Shown one piece after another: positions 11,895 through 22,950 of a stretch of DNA of 64,000 nucleotides. The first letter of the stretch is position 1; each line of letters begins with the position of its first letter. Origin of the DNA: Vitrella brassicaformis CCMP3155 (taxonomy: Eukaryota > Protista > Chromerida); the NCBI GenBank assembly GCA_001179505.1, contig CDMY01000646.1, positions 62,001 through 126,000 on the forward strand. The letters run 5' to 3'. A program made the position numbers and the translations under genes. Below the pieces are notes generated by a model. The model saw nothing but the letters and a program-made list of their open reading frames with translations, had not been told where the DNA came from and did no database searches.

Positions 11895-12299
11895 CATCAT
11901 GAAGGAGCACGGGGAGGGGTCGGTGGGGGTACGTATGATGGCTTCCATGAGTGCATTGTTTCCCGTCACCGGTTGTCTCCACGGCTGTCTTTCGTTTGCA
12001 TGAAGCTGCTGGCCCTGTCTGGTACGGAGGCTTACCGTGTGGAAGTGCCTCTCTTTTTCTCTGCCCTGTCCCCTGCCTGCGTCTTGTGCAGTCTTGTGTT
12101 ATGTTGACCAATGCGCTCGATGCATGTGAGAGCGTGGGTGTGTCATATTGACTGATCCAGACGTATTTTTGCGTGTGCATCAGACGGTCGTCTGAGTGAG
12201 CGATGCGCATGGCGATTTAATGACTCTCCCCCTTTGTTGATGCAATCACCCTTTTAGCTCGCAATCGTCGCGAAGGTGTGGCCTGGAGTTATCGTCACG

Positions 12300-13974
12300 A
12301 TGTCACAAACAGCAACAACGACCATGGAGGCCCAGCCAACCAGCCTCATCGCTGCGCCGACAGCTGCAGTGCCAAAGGCGGCCAAGCCTCTCGCTGAGGG
12401 CAGGGCGACGCTCAAAGACCTGGCGGTGGATCTCGCATGTGCGGTGAGGCGTTGGTTGAGCAGCAAGTCGGGCAGATCTTCCTCAATCGCCCTTGTTTGT
12501 CGGTTGTTGGGTGTGTCAGTATCGTCTGGCTGATGAGTGGGGGATGAACGAGGGCATCTGCAACCACTTCACCATCGCGGTGCCGCAGGAGCTGCACCCG
12601 CACGGCCTCGCAGACGATGCGTTTCTGATCATCAAGTACACACGAACGGACGAAGCAAAGGCAGCGCATCCATCCATCGTGTCATCTCTCTCCGTCTGTG
12701 GCTGCAGGTACGGTACTTTGTGGAGCGAGGCGACGGCCAAGGACATGCTGCTCGTCAACACCAAGGGCAAGATACTCTGCGGTGCCCAGAACAGACACAC
12801 ATGAGTGTCGGAAATCACACCACGCCGAATTGATGTCATTTGGTCGGTCGTTCAGATTGGGGCACTGGGTGTGTGCAGCCGGTGGGCTACGCCAGCTCCC
12901 CCGCCAGCTGGGCGTGCGCCAGCTACGACCCCACGGCCTTCAACATCCACAAGGCCGTCCATCTCAGACTCGGTGGGTGGGAGAGAGAGACAAGGAAAGG
13001 AGCGCGAAGCAACGACCATTGGGTTCTCTCTCTGTCTGTCTCTGTCTGTAGGTTCTGCTGGTGCGGTGGTGCTGCATACGCACATGCCGTCGGTCACCAC
13101 TCTGAACGCGCTCAAACCTGAAGCAGGTAAGAGCCCACACACAGGACGCATTGATTCGACGGTCATCTCTCTGCATGTGTATGCTGGTTGGTCGGTCGGT
13201 CAGGTGGTCGCATCCTGCAGGTGCATCAGAACAGCTGCCGCTTCTACAACAACGTCGCCTATGACGAGAACTTCGGAGGTAGGCAGGCAGGCCCCCGACA
13301 CACACATACACACACACTCAGAATCGATCCCCTTCTACTCACTTGTTGATTGGTCGCCATGTAGGTTTGGCCGACGACACGAGCGAGGGCTGTGCGGAGG
13401 GCGACCGCATCGCATCAGTGCTGGAGGGACCCAGCCAACACAGGATCAGGGTAAATGACCGACCGACCGACCAACCGACGGACCCACCCACCGATACACA
13501 CCCACAACTATCTGTTTCAGGCGGCCTTCCTGAGAAACCACGGCATCCTCATCGTCGCCGAAAACCGTGAGCAGGCACAGACACACACACATACACAGGA
13601 CAATCCAACGGACGGAACTGTGTGTATTTGCTCTGACTGCGTGCGGCTTGTCTGACTGTGTGTGTCAGTGTGGGAGGCGATGGACGACCTGTATTACTTG
13701 GAGAGGTCGGCGCTGTTCCAGGTGGAGGCACTCAAAGCCGCGGGAGGCGACATGTCCAAACTAGCCATTATGGCCGACGAAGTCGCCATCGACACGTACA
13801 AACAGGTGTGTGGGTGGCCACCAGGACCAAGTTAGTTGTGCGTGTGGCGACCAATGCCGGCATGTGCGTGTGTGTCAGTGGGAGAGGTTCCGTGCCGAGG
13901 GGGGGTGGAAGCACTTCATCGCCCACAAGAGGCGGCTGCTCAGGAAGGACCCAGCCATCCACAACCTCCTCTGA
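12300..13974 (+). CDS. Class II aldolase/adducin N-terminal domain protein, multi-exon
   Basis: Exons give LAVDLACA|YRLADEWGMNEGICNHFTIAVP, FNIHKAVH, VVLHTHMP, HQNSCRFYNNVAYDENFGGLAD, AAFLRNHGILIV and DDLYYLERSALFQVEA. These match the family Zn-binding HxH and LxNHG motifs. Confidence 0.85.
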
Positions 13975-14481
13975 TGCACTCCGTCAGTCAGCCCCCCCTG
14001 GCAGCCAGTCAGTTTTGCCATCTGTGCAGTGTATCGCCGCTGTGTATGTGCGTGAGTCCGATACACTGCACAGACAGCGGCGCCCTTCTCTGTGGCGTTT
14101 GTCCCGCTCTCTGACTGGTGCAGTGGACATGTGTCTCTAGTGACTAGTGTGTGAGTGAATCTCTCGCTGACAGACACTGCTCAATGATTGACAGTATATA
14201 CGTATACATGATGTGTCCATGTACACACATTGACGCTGTACACATGCTGAGTCCGACACACCACATCACACACCACACACACATGTGGTAGCAGTAGAGG
14301 ATGGCTGTGATGGGGTGAGTGAGTCTCTGCGAGGCTTTTTCATCTCGCGTGAGGCGCAGCACACAGACAGACAGCGGCGCCGTAAGTGTGTACCATATCG
14401 ACAACGACAATGTCCCTGAACCACTCATGTGAATGTGTGTGCAGATCAGATCCACCAGTGATAGTTAACAATGCCATTCAC

Positions 14482-15282
14482 TCAGTCCATCTTTCGTGTC
14501 CTTTCACCATTGACCATCATCTTGCCCACCAGCCCCCTGGCCAGCAGCCTGAACACCTTGTACCCCCAAAACAGCGACACCAGCCACACCGTCGTCCCCC
14601 CCACTTTGATATACAGCGGCGTCGTCGGACACGTCACCGTACAAAACAGCAAAAACGGCGCAACCACAAAACGCGAGACCAGAAATGTCACGGCAAAGGC
14701 CAGAGAGAAGGCCTCGTACGCCGATAACCGCTTGTCGGTCTCCTGCTCCATCTGCAGCTGCTGCTTGGTGAGATGCCGTGTTGGCTCCGTCCGCGGCTTT
14801 GCAAAGTAGCGGCAGTTGAGGAACGGCGTTGATACCTCGGCGAGCAGCGTGCACATGCAGACCTCATAGCCGGACACGCGAAACAGCAGTACCCACAGCA
14901 TCCCGCTCGCAGTGGCCAGGTGGTGCAGCACAAAGTCCCAGTTGTTGCGGATAACAGCGATGAGCGTGTCGTAGAGGAAATACCCGCTGCTCACCTGCAG
15001 CAGCACCTTCTGCAGCGGCAGCAGCTCGGCACCGAAGCCATTGTTCTCGACAAAGAAGACCGTGGTGCATCCTGTGACGGCAATGGTGGCATGCAGGGTG
15101 GACACGACCTTGTTGGCGCCCTCGAGCTCGAGCTTCGGCCCGCCTGTGTGCTTGACGAGTGCGTGCAGGGCGGTCCACGTGGCACAGAGGGAGAGGACGG
15201 GCAGCCAGACGGATGTGTCGAGGAAGGCCAGCCACCAGTCGTCCGCGTCTGCCACACGTGCCATCACGATCTCTGCAGCCAT
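14482..15282 (-). CDS. TLC (TRAM/LAG1/CLN8) domain membrane protein, single exon
   Basis: 266-aa intronless ORF with several TM helices, VVSTLHA, GYFLYD, FVLHHL, LLAEVSTPFLNCRYF and FLVSRF, typical of TLCD/TMEM136-like proteins. Confidence 0.9.
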   Translation of the reverse strand: MAAEIVMARVADADDWWLAFLDTSVWLPVLSLCATWTALHALVKHTGGPKLELEGANKVVSTLHATIAVTGCTTVFFVENNGFGAELLPLQKVLLQVSSGYFLYDTLIAVIRNNWDFVLHHLATASGMLWVLLFRVSGYEVCMCTLLAEVSTPFLNCRYFAKPRTEPTRHLTKQQLQMEQETDKRLSAYEAFSLAFAVTFLVSRFVVAPFLLFCTVTCPTTPLYIKVGGTTVWLVSLFWGYKVFRLLARGLVGKMMVNGERTRKMD

Positions 15283-15503
15283 TCTCTCCTGATCGGCAGA
15301 TCAGAAATAAAGACAGGCGGGATGAATTAGAGGGACTCATCCTTCCGGGTCACTGTTTCACACCCTCTGGCACATCCGTCTCCCCGAGTCCGTCAGTCCG
15401 TCCGTCAATCTAGCTATGCACACTGCAATGCATGCATTGCAACCAACATCCTCCCTATCAGCTCTACCGTCCTGCACTCCTCCATCCATCCAGCCATGGC
15501 TAC

Positions 15504-16195
15504 CTAGTGGATGCTGTTCTGCGCCTTCACGGCCGACTTGCCGCCCCTGCTGCTGCCGCCGCTGCCACCGCCACTGCTGCTGCTGCTGCCGGTGGGTGGC
15601 GACGCGGCTGGTGCATCCTCCTCGCGCTTGCCGCCCTTGGGAGGGGGGCTGGGTGAGGCCTGTGCCTGTGCCTGTGCGTTGTGGGGCGTGTCGTTGGTCG
15701 TGCCGTTGTTGTTGGCAGTGTTCTTGACGTTGGTGTTGAGCTGCAACTTCTCCCGCGCCCATTTGATCACGCCCGGGATGCCACTCTGCACACACACACA
15801 CACAGAGAGAGAGAGTGTGTGTGTGTGTGGTGGTAGGGGGGTGGCTGAGGGGTTACGGGTGATTGTGTGGCCGCGCTGAGTATGCCGTCCAGCGTGGCTG
15901 TGTCGGCGATGGACTCGAGCACCGACTTCTCCACCCGCATCGCCCCCATACGGTCGGACGTGTGGGTGGGGGCCGCCTCCTTGCGACGCGCATTGCCCAG
16001 ACGCATCTTGACGACACACACACACACACACATGTCAACAGATGGATGGATGTGTGTGTGTGTGTGCGACGGACCAGTTTGAGCCACTCGTCGTGTGCGG
16101 ACTGGTTGCCGGTGATCATGATGGTGCTCTCGTAAGACGCACCGTGGGTCGTCTGGCTAGACAGTGTCCATGCTGCACACACCCATCCACACACA

Positions 16196-16254
<59 letters not shown>

Positions 16255-19053
16255 GGGGAGAGAGAGGGGGACATCCTTGTGTGTGTGTGGATCTCTGTGT
16301 GTGTGGGTCTCTCTCTCTCTCTCTCTGTGCGTGTGTGTGAGGGCCACATGCTTACAAGCGTTGTTCATGACGATATCAAGCGACCCCCGTGTGCACATGA
16401 TGCTCATGGTGGTGCTGCTCTCCAAACACGGCACCGCCAGCAGAAACGTCCCATGCAGGCTGTCCTCGCCCACACCGCCGCTACCGCCGCTACCGCTACC
16501 ACCCCCCTCCACCAAATGCGTCAGCCGGAAGACCCCCGAGAGTGTGCCGCCCTGCTTGGGGATGCCCAGGGTGGCCGGCCCCTTCCCTGCTGCGTCTGCG
16601 TCATTGCTGGTGCTGCTGCCGTCGGTTGTGGTTGAGGGCTTGGTGTTGTCGCGGAGGAGCTTGATGTCGGAGGAGCTCATCCCGGGAATCGGAATGGGCG
16701 GAATGGTGCAGCCTGATGGATGGATGGATGTGTGTGTGTGTGTGGGGGGGGGGGGGGGNNNNNNNNNNNNNNNNNNNNNNNNNNNNNNNNNNNNNNNNNN
16801 NNNNNNNNNNNNNNNNNNNNNNNNNNNNNNNNNNNNNNNNNNNNNNNNNNNNNNNNNNNNNNNNNNNNNNNNNNNNNNNNNNNNNNNNNNNNNNNNNNNN
16901 NNNNNNNNNNNNNNNNNNNNNNNNNNNNNNNNNNNNNNNNNNNNNNNNNNNNNNNNNNNNNNNNNNNNNNNNNNNNNNNNNNNNNNNNNNNNNNNNNNNN
17001 NNNNNNNNNNNNNNNNNNNNNNNNNNNNNNNNNNNNNNNNNNNNNNNNNNNNNNNNNNGGGGGGGGGGGGGGGGTTTGACCCTGGTTTGTTTCTTGGAAT
17101 TCGGCGCAGATGGACTGCATGAGCGCTTCGTTGAGGACGCCCTTGAGCACCACTAGGTAACGCATCAGCTCTATCGACAAGGCCTCTGCGATGACAGACA
17201 GACAGACAGACAGAGAGGGAGGGAGGGAGAAAGCCATTTAGGCTGTGTGTGACCTGTGTGTGTGTGTGTGCGTCATATACCAGTGGTGCTGTATTGGGAG
17301 TGCCACACGCGCCCGAAGGGATTGAATGTGCCGTAGATGGACACACTCACCGGGATGCCCAACGCCGCCAAACGCATCTTGGCCTTCACACGCACACAAA
17401 AACACACACACAGACGTGTCGGCTGCACACGCTGCACACACACGAGTCCACTCATCTCATAACTCACCTCGGCAAACGCCTCTGGCTGTCTGAAGGGCTC
17501 CACAGCACACCACGACAGATCGCCGCTACCCTGCCACACACACACAGAGACAGAGAAGGAGACGTGTGTGTGGTGGTGGTGATGGTGGTTCTGCACTCAC
17601 AAGTATGTTTGCCCTCTGGTTGTAGGCGAGCTCCTGTGCGGCCCGGCCGCTGAAGACGAAGGGCGAGGGCGTCAGGGTGTGCTTGCCAGCTGCCCATATC
17701 CGGGGCAAGTACGAGCTCTGCACATACGCACACACACACACACACACATCCATGTGGAGGGAGGGGTTCATCTGTCTGGTCTTGCTGAGTGAACTGACCA
17801 CTAGTTTGTGATGGAGGTCCACGACGCAGGCGTGAATGTCTGTGCGGTTGATGAGGTCGAAGAACTGAGCGTTGCCCACATACACGTCTGCACAGCCACA
17901 GCCACGCGGAAAACCCCCCACACCCATTCCATTGTGCTGTGCCTGTCTGTCTGCTTCTGTTTGGGTCAGTCAGTGGGCCGCTCACCGACACCCTCGGCGT
18001 CCTGCAGCTCTTTCTTGATGCCATCTGCCTCCTCCTGAGCGGATGGACGGATGAGCAGTGGGTGAGCTGTGTGTGTGTGTGTGGTTGTGACGTACCTGGT
18101 TGAACGCGAAGATGGCTTTGATTCTGAAGCGCTTGTCGAGGCTCAGTATAGGGGCCTGCTCGTATCTGACACACACACACAGATGAGCCACACAGATGAG
18201 CCACACAGATGAGCCACACAGGGAGGGAGGGAGGGAGGGGCTGTGTGTCTGTGTGTGTACCTGTTCCAGAAAGCCCCCCCAATCAGTGCGATGTGGGTCT
18301 GGTCCTGGAAACTCTGCAATAGCAACGAACCGTCCATCCATCCATCTGTGTGGTGTGTGTGGGTGTGGGTGTGGTGCCTGCAGTTTGTTGAGGAGCTCGA
18401 TGGCGGAGGGGTACTTGGGGTCCAGCCGCAGGGCGCCCTCGGCATAGGCACGGGCCTGACACACACACACACCACACAGATGGATGGATGGATGTGTGTG
18501 TTTCCCTACTTCTGAGAGTCTGCCCTTGGCCTTGTAGCAGTTGGCGAGGTTGACGTAGGTCGACGGATGGGCCTCCCCCTTCATGTACTGCAAACTCACC
18601 TGCACACATAGACACCCGCACCATTGTAGTCTGGATGGATGGATGGATGTGTGTGTGTGTGCGTGTGTGTGCCTGGACCTACCTCGAAGTATTTGATGGC
18701 CCTGTCTATGTCGCCGATGCGCATAAAGATGCCCCCCAATATGTCCGGCACGTCCTCGCCGCTCCGCAACTGGTACCAGTTCTCGAAGACCAGCTGCACC
18801 ATCCCAGACGAAATCGGCCCCCACTGTCAGCCCGTTGTGTGTGTGTGTATGTGTTTGTGACCTCCAGGTCGTGCATGAGGTCGGCGTATCGCCGCTCAGC
18901 GCCGTATGTGGGCTGGCATGCGTTGCGGATGTCCTTGTGGAAGGACACGAACACTTCGGTGTCGTGACCCGAGTAGCGAAGCAGCGCCAGGATGTCCTTG
19001 AGCGAACACTGAGTGCCCCTGATCAGTTGACGGCCACACACCACATACCCCCC

Positions 19054-19084
<31 letters not shown>

Positions 19085-20356
19085 TCTGTCTGACTGACCC
19101 CCATGTGATCTGGTGAGTAAGGGCATTCTTCCACGAGATCAGCGCGTCCGATGGGAAGTCGTAGACGTGGTCGGCGAAGGCCCCCCTGGCTGAGGGGAAG
19201 TGGGCAGCCGTCTTGTTGGCCACGCACCAGAGTCCGGTGATCTGGAAGGTGTCCTTGTAAGGCGTGGACGTGTGGAAGCCCCCGAGGGTCTCGAAGTAGA
19301 CCTTGACGGCGTGCAGGTTGAGCATGAACGACAGCGACCCGTGGATCGCCACATGAGGGTCCTGATAACACACACACACAGAGGGAGAGGGCGAGGGCAT
19401 GTGGTCCGTGTGTGTGTGTATCCACCCCACCCAAGCCACGGCTGACCCGAACGCCCTGGAAGTCGTCGGCGTCTTTGTAGGCCTTATCGCCGATGATCAT
19501 CATGAGCCGGTCCCCGCTCAGCGCACGGAGGCTGTTGACCAGCTGGAAGGCCCCCAGCGGCACCACGAACGACACCCTCTCAAACATCTCACCATACCGC
19601 TTGATCACGCGAATCACATTGGGGTCGCACAGCAACGGGTGCGCCGGGCCGTCACCGTGGGGGTCTGTCGCTGGTGTGGTAGTGCCGTTGGGTGTCGGTG
19701 TGTCTGTGTGTGTGTCGGCGACTTGTGAGTATCCTTCGGGGCATGAGGGCGGCTGCTCTGCTGGCTCGGCAATGGGGCGGCCGGTGTCGATGTCCACTGG
19801 CTGATACGCCCACGATAGAGTCATCCTGCAGACAGACAGACAGACAGACATGTGTAGGGGAGGGGGGGAAGGTCTCTCTCTTTCTCTCTGTGTCACTCTC
19901 TCTCTGTCTCTCTCTGTCTCTCTCTCTCTGTACCTCGAGATGATGTCCGAGTCCGTGAGGTCGGTCTCGCTCTGTTTGGAATAGAGGGTGGCTAACGCAC
20001 GGCTGAACTGCTTCTTGTTCACCCTGACACACACACACACACACACAGAGAGAGAGAGATGCGTGGCTGCATGCTCCGGTGTGTGTGTGGAGGGGTCGAG
20101 TGTATGTGTGTGTGTGTATCTGTGTGTGTGGTTGCCTGTATCCGTCTGTGACGAGAGAGTCCAGCACATAGTTGCAGATGGCTATGACGGGGCCGTCAGC
20201 ACCCAGACGACCACCTGGTACACCACAGTGTCTGTGTCTGTGTCTGTGTCTGTGTGTGAGCGGCGGGGGCTGGTACCTACCTTTGATTCTGAGGTCGATT
20301 TTGGCGGTCTCGTCGTTGCCGTCAAATATGGCGAAATCCAGCCACCCCTCCTGTCG

Positions 20357-20389
<33 letters not shown>

Positions 20390-21842
20390 CACACACACGT
20401 GCGCTCTCCCTCTCTGTCTGTGTCTGTGTCTGTGTGTGGGAGGGTTGGGCACCTGAATGAACTCCTGCAGCGAGGCATGGTTCTGGCAGAAGCGAATGTT
20501 GGCCTGACAGACACGTCAACACGTGTGCAGTGAGTGCATCGTTCGTGTGTGTCCGGCGTACCTCAGCGAGGTCCGTGTAGACGTATTGGAAGGGGCGGGG
20601 CGGCAGACCCAGCGACTCCCACAGATCCTACACACACACAGCCATCCCCCNNNNNNNNNNNNNNNNNNNNNNNNNNNNNNNNNNNNNNNNNNNNNNNNNN
20701 NNNNNNNNNNNNNNNNNNNNNNNNNNNNNNNNNNNNNNNNNNNNNNNNNNNNNNNNNNNNNNNNNNNNNNNNNNNNNNNNNNNNNNNNNNNNNNNNNNNN
20801 NNNNNNNNNNNNNNNNNNNNNNNNNNNNNNNNNNNNNNNNNNNNNNNNNNNNNNNNNNNNNNNNNNNNNNNNNNNNNNNNNNNNNNNNNNNNNNNNNNNN
20901 NNNNNNNNNNNNNNNNNNNNNNNNNNNNNNNNNNNNNNNNNNNNNNNNNNCACCCCCCCCCCCCCCCCCCACACACGCACACACATATCGACACACACAC
21001 AGACACAACAGGGGCTTCCCGTCTTGGCCCACCGACCCACCTTGTATCGCAGCAGTGCCCGCAGCAGCAGAAAGGTGAACTTGCCGTGACCTGAAGGAAG
21101 GAATCAACACGACAACAAAACACACACAACGTGACACGTACGTGCGCACAACACGCCTTGCATTGCTCCCCCTCCTCTCCCCTGCTCTGCGTATGTCTGT
21201 GTGTCTGCTCAGGTAGGCACCTACCTGCGCCGATCTCTATGATGCGGACGGGCTGCGATTTGTCCACCCCAGCACACTGACACCAACACCACACACACAC
21301 GAACACACGAACACGCCTGCACCTGTGTGTGTTGGCATGGCATTGGGTGAGGGGTGTGTGGTGTGTGCGTACCGCAAACCAATCGCGGAGGTGGTTCGTG
21401 ATCAGCCTCCCATACGACTGAGCCAACCTGCACGCGTCAACACACACAAAGGGCATCTAGGGGCGTGTGTATGTGTGTGGAGTGTGTGAATTCCATCCAT
21501 CCCCACCGTGAGTTGCTCGTCACGAAGCTCGGCACTACGTTCTGCGTCCACGCAGCTATAGCCATCTACACAACAGTCGGACCAGTCCACACACATGGAT
21601 TGATTGATGAGTGCATCGTAATGGGTTCCTGTTTGTCCTCCACACCCTCACTGGTAGTATGTAGCCCGGGTACTACCTACCTTGGCATAGTAGCTCTTGA
21701 GAAGCTTCCACATGAGGCTCTTGGGCAGCGGCGTCCGCTCCTCCAGCACGAACTTGCTGTCGGGCTGCTGCTCAACCGGCATCTCGCCGCCCGATGACGC
21801 CACCTGCGTCACGGGCATCACGATGCCCTGCGGCGACGCCAT
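15504..21842 (-). CDS. Multi-domain protein: SAM-dependent methyltransferase (MidA/NDUFAF7-like superfamily) + TPR + Gfo/Idh/MocA-like oxidoreductase domain, >20 exons
   Basis: N-terminal part: SLMWKLLKSYY, VRIIEIGAG|SGKFTFLLL, YVYTDLAE, WLDFAIFDGN, AICNYVLDSL, MMIIGDKAY, HGSLSFMLNLHA. TPR part: LGGIFMRIGDIDRAIKYFE..STYVNLANCYKAKG..ARAYAEGALRLDPKYPSAIELL. Then THIALIGGAFW..RFRIKAIFAFNQEEA..FFDLINRTDIHACVVDL..RIWAAGKHTLTPSP. The gene spans two N-gaps. Confidence 0.8.
16759..17058. other. Assembly gap (300 N)
   Basis: Run of 300 N flanked by poly-G. Confidence 1.
20651..20950. other. Assembly gap (300 N)
   Basis: Run of 300 N flanked by C-rich tracts. Confidence 1.
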
Positions 21843-22000
21843 CGCCCCGACGAGTGGCCCTCTCCCGCTAAGACCACACAAAAGCTCGCAGATGGTTTGG
21901 CGAGGAAATCGAGGCGGCCAGGGAGGAGGGGACGAGAGCGGCAGGAGAAAAGCAGCGACGAGAAGCGTACGCGGGGAATTGCTGGGCTGTGCGACGAGAG

Positions 22001-22665
22001 ATGGACGCAGGTGTGGCGAAGCCTCAGTCGAGTCTTCCTCTGCAGATCTTCATCTACTTCGATGGGTATTGGTCGGCCCTCTACTTCGCCATCGAAGTAC
22101 TCCTCTTCACTTACAAAGGTCAGTCAGTGACACCACACGGATGGATGGACTCTGTGGATGGATGGATGGATGGATGGATGGATTGATGGTGTGCAGGGGT
22201 GGTGTTGCGCTACCCGCCCTCGACGTGGCCGGGGGAGTTCACCATGGTGGTGCTGTTCGCAGTGTTCCAGAAGATACGACTATACCTCGGTCAGCACAGA
22301 CACACACAACACACACACAAGTGTGTGCACCGACGGCCGGTTCTACGGGGTGGTGTGTGTGCAGGGACGGCGGGCAACAAGACGGAGCAGCTTGGGGGTA
22401 TTCTGTGGTTTGTGTTGCTGACCATCCCCGTGGTGCTCATACTCATGTACCTCCTCGAGTTCCAAGTCTACGTGTACGTACGCCTTATCCATCCATCCAT
22501 CCATCCATTCCCATCCCACAGGGGCGATGTGTGTGTGCGTGTGTGTGTGGATCAACCAGGTTGCGGTTCGAGGTGTTTCTGGCGATTACGGGTATCTGTT
22601 TCGTTGGGGTAGAGTTCTTCCTGGCACTCATAGCGGCATGCTTCTTCACTAGAAGGGCCGTCTGA
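22001..22665 (+). CDS. TMEM216: TMEM216/TMEM17-family ciliary transition-zone membrane protein, 4 exons
   Basis: Spliced product: SSLPLQIFIYFDGYWSALYFAIEVLLFTYKG|VLRYP...QKIRLYLG|TAGNKTEQ...EFQVYV|LRFEVFL... It is collinear with TMEM216 (SSTPLEILFFLNGWY..LFIFLYKG..IRLFFGTKGN..QTYVLRLE). Confidence 0.85.
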
Positions 22666-22950
22666 TGGATGATGGATGGATGGATGGATGGATGGACAGA
22701 TAGCTGGCCACACATGGATGGACTGGATGGAGGGTGTTCCACAGACACCTACGTGTCTAGAGCAGCACAATGTGATAAATACTCTTTTGTCGGCATGTTG
22801 GAATCACATATTGCAGGCAGGAGCACATACACACACATATACATAACACAGTGGTGCGCGCCTCAAGCGCACTCATGTGTCAAACCTCGCTTGCAAACCA
22901 GACAGACAGAAGACGCGGCAGATCCCTCGTCAAAATCCATATAGCCAGGG

